Of a stretch of DNA of 64,000 nt, positions 26,371 to 34,540 are shown piece after piece (position 1 is the first letter of the stretch; each line of letters opens with the position of its first letter). The translations under genes and the position numbers were made by a program. Under the pieces are notes generated by a model, which had not been told where the DNA came from, searched no databases, and worked only from the letters and a program-made list of their open reading frames with translations. The stretch is from a virus. The stretch spans positions 1-64,000 of IMG/VR virus record IMGVR_UViG_3300035698_018475. One strand, given 5' to 3'.

Positions 26371-26949
26371 ATGGATCCACGGACGGAACAAGTAAAGCAC
26401 TTATCTGATTTATACAGACAAAGTGGGGATATCCTTATATTTTGCCAAATTCTTGAGAGGATAGACCCACTTATTTTGAGGCAGTTAAGGAAGTTACGCT
26501 ATCTAAGACCACAATTATATAATGTACGCAATGAAGATCTATACCAATGTGCGGTCTTAGGGATTGAGCAGGCGATAAGGGAATCCCCTGAGAGTGAAAC
26601 CCCTGCACTTCTTCAGTTGAAAATCCTATCCTGTATAGGTAAGCAGGTACATCTGTATCACAAACCAAAGGTCGAAGAGAGATTAGTCCAATATGTACCT
26701 CGCGAAACATATGAAGAAAATTGGGAAGCCCTGGATTTATCCATGGATTTGTCTTCCTTAGTACGTCAAGGTATACTGAATCAGATGGACATGGAGTTAT
26801 TCCTACTGAGGGTGCACCAGGGCTACTCGTGGATAAAGTTACGGGATCATTTCAACATATCTTGCAAGAAGCTTACATATAGATTTTACTATGTTCTTCC
26901 TATAGTCAGGAACTATCTGGAAATGTATACCCATAATGGGTTTAAGTGA
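26371..26949 (+). CDS. Sigma-70-like RNA polymerase sigma factor
   Basis: Region-2-like EDLYQCAVLGIEQAI and region-4-like L..MD.ELF.LR..QGYSW..L...FNIS; lies just upstream of the portal gene. Confidence 0.55.
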   Translation: MDPRTEQVKHLSDLYRQSGDILIFCQILERIDPLILRQLRKLRYLRPQLYNVRNEDLYQCAVLGIEQAIRESPESETPALLQLKILSCIGKQVHLYHKPKVEERLVQYVPRETYEENWEALDLSMDLSSLVRQGILNQMDMELFLLRVHQGYSWIKLRDHFNISCKKLTYRFYYVLPIVRNYLEMYTHNGFK

Positions 26950-27039
26950 GTTGCTTTTCCGTGTAATTATTATGTAGTGGGTATGCACTGTATATAGTCC
27001 CTATGTATGTGGTGTGTAGTAGAGAGAGATGAGGATTTT

Positions 27040-29643
27040 ATGGCAAATAGGTTGTTAAATTTACTGAAAAAGATATACCCCACTCCTGCAACTCTCCCAG
27101 TCTCAGCGGTTGAAGATGTGGTTGACGCCGCGAAAGGTGGGGATAAGGATTTCAAGGAGTCATATAAAGCGATACTGGCCAGATTAGGGTCTTACACCAG
27201 TCAGATATCAGATGAGATATTTAAGTCCACAATGGTCAATTTTGAGAGGGTCATGTTATACCGTGAGATTGACCGGGCATTGATGCATTGGTTGGTAGGT
27301 TCAGCCGCTGAGTTGTTTGCTGATTACAGTACTACTTATGATAAGTTGAGAAATTCAACGGTGTGGGTGAGTTCAGAGAGTAAGAAGTATCAAAATGAGT
27401 TGAACAACATGTTGCACCAGATTGATATAGAGGAGAAGATCTACGACTGGGCGTATACTACAGGGGTTTATGGTGATTTGTTTATCCAACCTGAGGCTAT
27501 CCCCGGGATAGGTATAGTGGGTGTCAATGATGATGACCACCCGATGAATGTGTCCCGCCTGGATTACAATGTTTTAATAGGATTCTACCGTACTCCCACA
27601 GTTGTAGGTGGTACAGCCTCAACCCAAGCGGAGTTACTACCCCCGTGGGAGTATGTTCATTTCAGGTTATTGGGTGCAAAGAAGAGACGGTCTGTTCATG
27701 GGGATCCCCTGTTTAGTCAATACTCCTCAGTCCACTTCTTATCACAGGATCCCAGGCAGATGTCCAGCAAGTATGGGACGAGTCTATTGGTGAATGCACT
27801 CCCGGCTTTTAAGAGGTTACGCTTGGCTGAGGATTCCCTGTTGATGGCTAGGGCGACTCGTGGGGTTGAGAAATACATATATAAAGTTCGTGTCGATTCT
27901 TGTTTGGTGGGAAACACCAGGATCAAGCTATTAGACGGTAATTGCCCCACTATTAGAGAGATGGCACAGGATGAGGAGGCCTATATAGGTAAGAGTGTTT
28001 TGACCGTGAATGAGCTTACCCAGGAGTTGGAACCCAATAAGATCCTAGCAGTTTGTTTAACCAGGGTAGACGCTGAGTTAGTCAGAGTGCATTTGGATAA
28101 TGACAAGTATGTGGATTGTACTCCTGACCACCTATTTATGTTACGATCAGGACTTTACAAACAAGCAAAGGACTTACAGCCTAATGATAGTCTAATGCCT
28201 TACTATGAGAAGAGGTCTGAATATGATCTAAAGGGTTATAAGAAAGTGTACGATCCAGGGCTGGGTAGGTGGTATTACGTTCATCGATTAGTATCTGAAA
28301 GAGTTGGTCGGGGATTGGTCAATCATCACAAAGACTTTAATACGGACAATAATGATCCCACTAACTTGGGGGTAATGACTCAATCTGATCATATGAAGTT
28401 ACATCAAGCTACTGGGGGAGTTGGTTTTAGTGCTTGGGTGAAGGGAAGTAAACAAAGTGAAGAGCAGGTGAAGAAGAGAATAAACTCCAGGAGAAGTACA
28501 GGTAAGCCTTGGCATAGTGAGGAGACTATAAAGAAGATTAGTCAGGCAAGGAAAGGTAAAGGTACTCATTGTACTCCTCATACTGAACAAGGAAAGAAGA
28601 ATATAAGTAAGGGGAAGAAGGATGCAAACAAAGCGAAGCAGTTAAATCATAAGGTGGTTAAAGTAGAGTTTTTGTGGGAGAGGCAAAACACTTATGATAT
28701 TCAGATAGAGAATACTCCTAACTTTCCTTTGGATGTAGGTATATTTGTTCATAACTCCAATGTGGAGGCTGTGGATGCTATAATCGATCAATACGCTTCA
28801 CTGTTGAAGAAGGCGAGGGCAATAGATACCAGACCTAACAATCCCTACTTTGACCAACAGATGCAACTCCTTTCGGTCATGGAAGATATAATCATCCCCG
28901 TATGGGGGGATGTCAATGATTTAGCCATAGAGAAGATAGGGGGAGATGCAAATATCCGGTGGATAGTCGATATAGTTGAGGCCAGGAATCAGCTGGCATC
29001 ATCCCTGAGAGTGCCACTTGCATTGTTAGGGGGATTCACCCAGGAAGCCACTGGCTCTCTGGGTTCCACTTCAATAGAGCAACTGGATATCAGGTTTGGC
29101 AGGACCGCCAAGAGGGTGCAAAGGGCTTTGATCCAGGGTATAACCAGGTTATGCCAAATACATTTGGCCTATGTGGGGATGGACCCGGATCCGACTTTGT
29201 TTGAAGTTAATATGCCAGAGACCTCCACGGCTGAAGAAGAGTCGATAAAAGAGACGTTGTCTACTTCTGTGGATGCAATAGCTAGATTCATGGAGATGTT
29301 GAACAGTGTGGAGGGAGTGCAGTTCAACCAAGGGAAATTAGTTGATTTCCTCAGTCAGAAGATTATCCGTCTGGGGGATTTCCAGATAGAGGATTATATT
29401 GAAAAGGGTGAGGGGATGCTAACAGAATCCAAACGGGCCATGATAGATCTTGGTCTGGACTACATAGCCAATTCAAAGGGGTTGCCCAAGGAGTTTGGTC
29501 CAAGGTGGGGTAATAACGGGGATGTCCGGGCCTGGACTTATGCAAATAATGATCTATGGGAGTCCAAGTTTGGTCCGAAGAGTAAATGTGGAGGAAAGGT
29601 GGAGGTTAAGACCACCTATCCTGTTGAGGGTACTAAGAAGTGA
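27040..29643 (+). CDS. Portal protein (T4 gp20-like) containing an intein
   Basis: LYREID..., WEYVHFRL, YGTSLL..A....RL.L.EDSLLM.R..R and EDIIIP; ATG 27040 after GAGGA. Confidence 0.85.
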   Translation: MANRLLNLLKKIYPTPATLPVSAVEDVVDAAKGGDKDFKESYKAILARLGSYTSQISDEIFKSTMVNFERVMLYREIDRALMHWLVGSAAELFADYSTTYDKLRNSTVWVSSESKKYQNELNNMLHQIDIEEKIYDWAYTTGVYGDLFIQPEAIPGIGIVGVNDDDHPMNVSRLDYNVLIGFYRTPTVVGGTASTQAELLPPWEYVHFRLLGAKKRRSVHGDPLFSQYSSVHFLSQDPRQMSSKYGTSLLVNALPAFKRLRLAEDSLLMARATRGVEKYIYKVRVDSCLVGNTRIKLLDGNCPTIREMAQDEEAYIGKSVLTVNELTQELEPNKILAVCLTRVDAELVRVHLDNDKYVDCTPDHLFMLRSGLYKQAKDLQPNDSLMPYYEKRSEYDLKGYKKVYDPGLGRWYYVHRLVSERVGRGLVNHHKDFNTDNNDPTNLGVMTQSDHMKLHQATGGVGFSAWVKGSKQSEEQVKKRINSRRSTGKPWHSEETIKKISQARKGKGTHCTPHTEQGKKNISKGKKDANKAKQLNHKVVKVEFLWERQNTYDIQIENTPNFPLDVGIFVHNSNVEAVDAIIDQYASLLKKARAIDTRPNNPYFDQQMQLLSVMEDIIIPVWGDVNDLAIEKIGGDANIRWIVDIVEARNQLASSLRVPLALLGGFTQEATGSLGSTSIEQLDIRFGRTAKRVQRALIQGITRLCQIHLAYVGMDPDPTLFEVNMPETSTAEEESIKETLSTSVDAIARFMEMLNSVEGVQFNQGKLVDFLSQKIIRLGDFQIEDYIEKGEGMLTESKRAMIDLGLDYIANSKGLPKEFGPRWGNNGDVRAWTYANNDLWESKFGPKSKCGGKVEVKTTYPVEGTKK
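27901..28755 (+). mobile_element. Intein (285 aa) with HNH/NUMOD3 homing endonuclease
   Basis: Starts CLVGNTRIKLLDG; block B CTPDHLF; HRLV..HHKD....NN.P.NL; HSEETIKKIS; ends YDI.....NF.L..G.FVHN with a +1 Ser. Confidence 0.92.
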
Positions 29644-29689
29644 TAGATAGATAGATAGATAAATACTTGAACCATAAGGAGTTACCAAC

Positions 29690-30019
29690 ATGGTGGGTAA
29701 GGATGTTGTAGCGAAGAGTAACAATGGTAATGGTTGGAAGAGTCCCAGATTTTTATTAACATTGGGTGTCATAGTAGTGGGTGGGGCATGTGCTTTTACA
29801 GTGTTAAGAGCAACAGTTGCTTTTGATTCTGCTAAGTCTGACAGAGGGGATGAGATATTGAAGGAACAGGTGGATCAAAAAGTCGATAAAGTGGAATATC
29901 AGGAGTGTATTAAGAGGGTTGAACAAAGTATTGATACTATACAGACCACTCAGGAGAGAGTGGAGGGTAAAGTGGATAAACTTCTGTTGTTGAGGGGTAC
30001 AGGTGATCCAGGTGAATAG
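29690..30019 (+). CDS. Membrane-anchored coiled-coil protein
   Basis: N-terminal TM helix plus coiled coil; AAGGAG RBS. Confidence 0.6.
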   Translation: MVGKDVVAKSNNGNGWKSPRFLLTLGVIVVGGACAFTVLRATVAFDSAKSDRGDEILKEQVDQKVDKVEYQECIKRVEQSIDTIQTTQERVEGKVDKLLLLRGTGDPGE

Positions 30020-31073
30020 GCCAAAGCTAATTTCTATTATTCAAAATGTGGCATCCACCAAGGTCCTACTGGTGGGGGACTTCATGCTCGACAGTTACAT
30101 CTATGGTGATGTTGGGAGAATATCCCCTGAGGTCCCAGTACCAATACTTGAAGTGAAGAGTAGGGAATATCACCCGGGTGGAGCGGGTGGAGTGGCGGCT
30201 AACCTGGCTAAGTTAGGGGCAGAGGTTAAGTGCTTTGGTATTGTGGGTGATGACCTTTCGGGGGACACCCTTAGGAAACTCCTATCAGATATTCCGAAAG
30301 TTGATGTAACTGGGTTGATCACCATAAAAGATGGGTTTGCCAGACCTACTACTGTTAAAGGCCGGTTCATGGGAGTATCCTCCGGTGGTCATAAACAACA
30401 ATTGCTGAGGGTGGATGAAGAACAGGTGGATCCCATTGACTCCCCGGTGAGTGATGTACTACTTAATATGATAGATTCTATCATGGAGTGGGCTGATATA
30501 GTGTGTATCCAGGATTACAACAAGGGGGTGGTCAGTCATGGTTTTTGTACTGCTTTGATACAATTAGCAAAAAGTAGTAATATCCCTGTAGTGGTGGATC
30601 CTGCAAAAATCCAGAATTACTCAAAGTATCACGGTGCTTATCTTATAAAGCCCAACAAGTTAGAACTATCTACAGTGGCACAGATGGAGGTGGATTCAAC
30701 AGAACAGATGTTAATAGCCTGTAAGAGATTGGCTTCCCTGGATATACCACATATAGTACTAACTCTTGATGGAGAGGGGATATTCCTATATTCAGACCAC
30801 TCTATTGAAGTGGGACCCAGTGCTCCAGTGGCTTCCCAAATCATACCCACCAAGGAGAGAGATATCTATGATGTCACCGGTGCGGGGGATATGGTAATAG
30901 CTGTATTGAGCCTACTTCTGGGTGGGAAGTGGGATGATCCTACTGAACCTTTAATCCTCAAAGAGTGTTGTGAACTTTGTAATATAGCTGCTGGTCTGGA
31001 AGTTGAGAAATATGGATCTTGTCCTATCACCAAGGCTGAAATAGTCCTGGAATTGGAGAGTTGTAATGAGTAA
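30012..31073 (+). CDS. hldE: D-glycero-beta-D-manno-heptose-7-phosphate kinase (HldE/RfaE domain I, PfkB family)
   Basis: LVGDFMLDSY.YG.V.RISPE.PVP, GGA.GVA.NL..LG, DYNKGV, VVDP, KPN..E and YDVTGAGD; kinase domain only. Confidence 0.88.
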   Translation: MNRPKLISIIQNVASTKVLLVGDFMLDSYIYGDVGRISPEVPVPILEVKSREYHPGGAGGVAANLAKLGAEVKCFGIVGDDLSGDTLRKLLSDIPKVDVTGLITIKDGFARPTTVKGRFMGVSSGGHKQQLLRVDEEQVDPIDSPVSDVLLNMIDSIMEWADIVCIQDYNKGVVSHGFCTALIQLAKSSNIPVVVDPAKIQNYSKYHGAYLIKPNKLELSTVAQMEVDSTEQMLIACKRLASLDIPHIVLTLDGEGIFLYSDHSIEVGPSAPVASQIIPTKERDIYDVTGAGDMVIAVLSLLLGGKWDDPTEPLILKECCELCNIAAGLEVEKYGSCPITKAEIVLELESCNE

Positions 31074-31731
31074 ATTTCAAGATTTACACAAGAGTGTGAA
31101 GGAAAAGGTTTCTAAGTCTATTACAGAAAAGGGTAAACCCTCGAAAGATTTACTTCAGAAAGAGAAAATAGTAGCCCAAGCACAAAAAATTATTCTGGCC
31201 AATAGTTTTAAACTTGTAGAAGTAGAAGAATATGAGAAGCAAGATGGGGACTATCTTTATGAGGATCCTTCTGAAAATCAGGTAGGTATTTCTCGAGACG
31301 CTTTTACTCCAGATGAATATGAGATACCGGGGGTACCAGATATTGCCATAAGTATAACTTCTGCTTATGGTGGATATAGTAATAGGTACAATTTTCGTTT
31401 GGAGAAAGGAAAAGTAGTAGCCGGTGAAGAGGAAATTGAGACTAAGATGGATCTGGATCAGGAACTGAAAAATCTGGAGAAAGGCGTGAATGAAAAGGTC
31501 CGTGATGGGGATGTTACTTTTGTCGAGGATGGTGCGGAGCATTTGAACCATGCGACAGAACAAATAGGGGAAGTCATAGAAGAGTTGAATAATGCTATCC
31601 GTAACCTGGGGAGAAGAGTCAAAGCAAAGTATGGTAATCAATTAGAGAGAGTAAAGACTAAGCTGACGAAAATCAATGATGAGATAAGTCAAGTACAGGA
31701 TGATGTAGAACAGGCGTTGGGTGAGGAATAA
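31066..31731 (+). CDS. Putative head-internal protein (MSKFQ leader)
   Basis: Leader MSKFQDLHKSVKE; acidic, with a coiled-coil C-terminus. Confidence 0.65.
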   Translation: MSKFQDLHKSVKEKVSKSITEKGKPSKDLLQKEKIVAQAQKIILANSFKLVEVEEYEKQDGDYLYEDPSENQVGISRDAFTPDEYEIPGVPDIAISITSAYGGYSNRYNFRLEKGKVVAGEEEIETKMDLDQELKNLEKGVNEKVRDGDVTFVEDGAEHLNHATEQIGEVIEELNNAIRNLGRRVKAKYGNQLERVKTKLTKINDEISQVQDDVEQALGEE

Positions 31732-31734
31732 GTG

Positions 31735-32229
31735 ATGGGTGATGTAGATCCCGAAATACGTAAACAAGTGATACAAGCCACTCTTGGTGGTACTGCTCTC
31801 AACGAGTTAAAGAAAAGTCTAGTTAATAGGAAAGAAGTAGATTTTGCTACGAAGAATTGTTCTCCAGTGGGTACTCCCACGGCCGTCAGTTCTAGGAGAG
31901 TGGTATTACATACTAAGACTTGCTGCCCTTGTTGTAAGTCAGCTATTACAGAGGGCAGCAGGTTTTGTTCTTCCTGTGGAGAAAAGGTGGATCACCCCGT
32001 ATTAGAGAATAACATGGCTAACAGCTTGGAATCGGGACAATCCCCTCTTAGGGGAGAGCCTGAGAAGCCTAAGAACGGTTCTAGTCTGAATGCAACACTT
32101 GAGAAGGTGTTACAAAACAAAGAGGAAGTGCATGACTTATCTGAGAGTGAGAAGTCGGGGTTGAGGCAAGAGGTTCTGGCAGATATGGATACCTCCCTGG
32201 TGGGTAAAATTATGTCAGGAGTGTTCTAA
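31735..32229 (+). CDS. Hypothetical protein with double Zn ribbon
   Basis: CPCC...CSSCG. Confidence 0.6.
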   Translation: MGDVDPEIRKQVIQATLGGTALNELKKSLVNRKEVDFATKNCSPVGTPTAVSSRRVVLHTKTCCPCCKSAITEGSRFCSSCGEKVDHPVLENNMANSLESGQSPLRGEPEKPKNGSSLNATLEKVLQNKEEVHDLSESEKSGLRQEVLADMDTSLVGKIMSGVF

Positions 32230-32588
32230 TGTTTAGTAAAATACTTGAGTTTGTGAAGGATAGATCTCATTTAAGTACTGCCAAACTAAGAGTGGTTGTA
32301 CAGTGGCCGGAATCAGAAGGTAAATTATCTTCCAAGCAGGTTCGATCTTTGCTGAATAAAGAGATCAGAAAGTTGGGAGTAGTATTGGGTGATGTAGAAT
32401 GTGTCCCAACTGAATTAGTGGGGAGAGATAAATCCGTGATTGGTCCCAGAAGAGTGCATCAGTTATATTTTGATCTTCGGTATGATCCTGGGAACAAACC
32501 ATCCAAGAAAGATATAGAGCTTGCACTGGGTAATATCTTTGAACCAGTAGGTGGTAAGATTCAGAGAGTACAAACATCAGGATTTTAA
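32229..32588 (+). CDS. Hypothetical protein
   Basis: TAATG coupling; leader MFSKILEFVKD. Confidence 0.6.
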   Translation: MFSKILEFVKDRSHLSTAKLRVVVQWPESEGKLSSKQVRSLLNKEIRKLGVVLGDVECVPTELVGRDKSVIGPRRVHQLYFDLRYDPGNKPSKKDIELALGNIFEPVGGKIQRVQTSGF

Positions 32589-32599
32589 GGAGTATATAA

Positions 32600-33088
32600 A
32601 TGAGTAAGTTTCAAGAGTTACACAAGGTGGTAAAAGAATCAGTTACTTTATCAGAAGCCACAGGGGAGTGGGCATCCCAGTGGTATAAGTGGATAGATCA
32701 AGAACAAGACACTGGAGAGTTATGGGAAATCTATGATTCTATCACCGGTGCGGCAGGGAGGGAATTTCCTGAAGATACTGCTGATATGGATATCACTAAA
32801 CTTCGTGTGGCATTGAAGAAGGCTGTGAGTGGTATGGATGAGGAGGAGTTGGAAGATAAGTTTCCCGGAGAGATCGGGGCTAAAAAGGAGAAGGTTATAA
32901 CCTTATCTAAAATATTGGATTCTATCTTTAAGAGTATCTTGGAGTCCGATGTTGATGGGGTTATAGATCAGTATAATGAGTTTTTTGGGACTAATTATAC
33001 TGCACAAGATGTACAACGGGATGTTGAAAGTTTCGTAGATTATGCTGAACAGAAGGGTATAACTCCACCTTATAGTGAGGAGGGGTAA
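32600..33088 (+). CDS. Putative head-internal protein (MSKFQ leader)
   Basis: Leader MSKFQELHKVVKESVTLSE. Confidence 0.65.
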   Translation: MSKFQELHKVVKESVTLSEATGEWASQWYKWIDQEQDTGELWEIYDSITGAAGREFPEDTADMDITKLRVALKKAVSGMDEEELEDKFPGEIGAKKEKVITLSKILDSIFKSILESDVDGVIDQYNEFFGTNYTAQDVQRDVESFVDYAEQKGITPPYSEEG

Positions 33089-33091
33089 CTA

Positions 33092-33475
33092 ATGTCTGTA
33101 CAAGCTGATAAAGTCTATGCCCGATTGCAGGAAGTAAGGAAGTACTGTATACCTCAGGATGATTCCGTACTTAGTACAATACTTCGCGACATGTTTGTGG
33201 AATATCAGGCTGGGAATTACCAACGGGTGGAAGAGTGGTTAAAGTCTTTTACCACACAAGAACAACTGATGGCCCGGTTAATAGTTAAGTTGAAGGATAA
33301 AGCAGTGTATAAGACTTTGAAAGCCTTATCAGAGGGTAGGGTGGAACACACTCCTACAGCTTTGAAGGGTCTATTCAGTTTAGGCACACATATAGCGATA
33401 GAATTAGAACAAGGGAATAAAAAGTTTGGTATGCTGCTTCCCCCATTATATAATAAGATAGGAAAGCTGATTTAG
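33092..33475 (+). CDS. Hypothetical protein
   Basis: GAGGAGG RBS. Confidence 0.65.
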   Translation: MSVQADKVYARLQEVRKYCIPQDDSVLSTILRDMFVEYQAGNYQRVEEWLKSFTTQEQLMARLIVKLKDKAVYKTLKALSEGRVEHTPTALKGLFSLGTHIAIELEQGNKKFGMLLPPLYNKIGKLI

Positions 33476-33490
33476 TTAAGGAGTACACAG

Positions 33491-33847
33491 ATGAATAAGT
33501 TCCAAGGCATTCATCAAGCGGTAAAAAATGAAGTAAGTATCAAAGAGCAGGGAGGAGGGGAAGATTATGAAGATGTTATCCGGGGATCAGAAGAAGAGTT
33601 TGCAGCCAGATCTGGTGGAGAGTTCCCCGGTGAAGATGATAATACTATTAGTAAGATCATAAGTATTATCTCTAATCAGCTCAGGGATAGTACTTTCAGG
33701 CAGGATATAGAGGAGATACTGGCAGAAGATCTGGGGTTTGGTTATGAGAAAGCCGAAGGAGTGGTAGGTAAAGTACTAGAAATTGTTGTCGCCAGGATGG
33801 GTTCTAGTATGTTCCGGGAAGATATAGAGGAATTGTACCATGAATGA
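33491..33847 (+). CDS. Putative head-internal protein (MNKFQ leader)
   Basis: Leader MNKFQGIHQAVKNEVSIKE. Confidence 0.65.
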   Translation: MNKFQGIHQAVKNEVSIKEQGGGEDYEDVIRGSEEEFAARSGGEFPGEDDNTISKIISIISNQLRDSTFRQDIEEILAEDLGFGYEKAEGVVGKVLEIVVARMGSSMFREDIEELYHE

Positions 33848-34061
33848 TTTATTGGATAAAACCATACCGGATAAGCATCAACCTATACAAGAGGCAGATA
33901 AGGGTCAGGATGAGTGGCAAGCTGAGAAGGTCCTGACCTATATCCGGGATCTACTACAGGCAGCGGGCAAGGAAGATCTGGTGGTGGCCATGGAGGGTAC
34001 AGAGTTGCTACTAAAAGCACAGGGTAAGGTGTTCAAGGTGAATGTTGAAAAGGTGTTATAA
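33840..34061 (+). CDS. Hypothetical protein
   Basis: 8-nt overlap; GAGGA RBS. Confidence 0.6.
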   Translation: MNDLLDKTIPDKHQPIQEADKGQDEWQAEKVLTYIRDLLQAAGKEDLVVAMEGTELLLKAQGKVFKVNVEKVL

Positions 34062-34114
34062 TGTTTAGTAAATCATGCCAGTGGAGCAAATTTCTGCTGA
34101 TGCGTGTGTGGCAG

Positions 34115-34156
34115 GAAGTGGTGGCTGGTTGGTTTGGTGTGACTGGTCATCACTTC
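34115..34156. terminator. Long G:U-rich hairpin
   Basis: GAAGTGGTGGCTGGT pairs with ACTGGTCATCACTTC over 15 bp using only Watson-Crick and G:U pairs. Confidence 0.5.
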
Positions 34157-34189
34157 TATATTAAGTAAGTAAGTTTAAGGAGCTTTGAT

Positions 34190-34540
34190 ATGGCTGGGAC
34201 ATTGGACAATATCACAGGCCCTTTGATGAAGTCTATTTCTCGGGTGAGAATAGAGTTTAGTGGTACTACTCTGTCTGAAATAGTGGCAGGAGTAGCTGGT
34301 GAGAGAGTTAAGGTCTTCAAGATGATGATCTCAGTAGATACTTCCTGTGAGATCGCACTAAGATCTGGAACAGGGAATGATATTTTTACTCTTCATGCCG
34401 GTGATAACTGGGGCCAGATTCTGCAGGGATCTGAGAAAAACCCTGTTATTGTCTCTAATGTCAGTAATAGTCTTACCATACAGGCCGATACGGTGGGTAT
34501 TAGTGGTAATGTTTATGTTGAGTATTTGGTAGAGTCATAA
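34190..34540 (+). CDS. Putative virion decoration protein (paralog 1)
   Basis: Beta-rich; shares HAG..WG and TIQAD...NVY with 37846-38202. Confidence 0.6.
   Translation: MAGTLDNITGPLMKSISRVRIEFSGTTLSEIVAGVAGERVKVFKMMISVDTSCEIALRSGTGNDIFTLHAGDNWGQILQGSEKNPVIVSNVSNSLTIQADTVGISGNVYVEYLVES

Noticed and set aside
25670-29665. Short AAAT and TAGA microsatellites (about 25670, 26325, 29640)
   Set aside because: They are only 3-5 units long at gene ends in AT-rich spacers, with no evidence of function.
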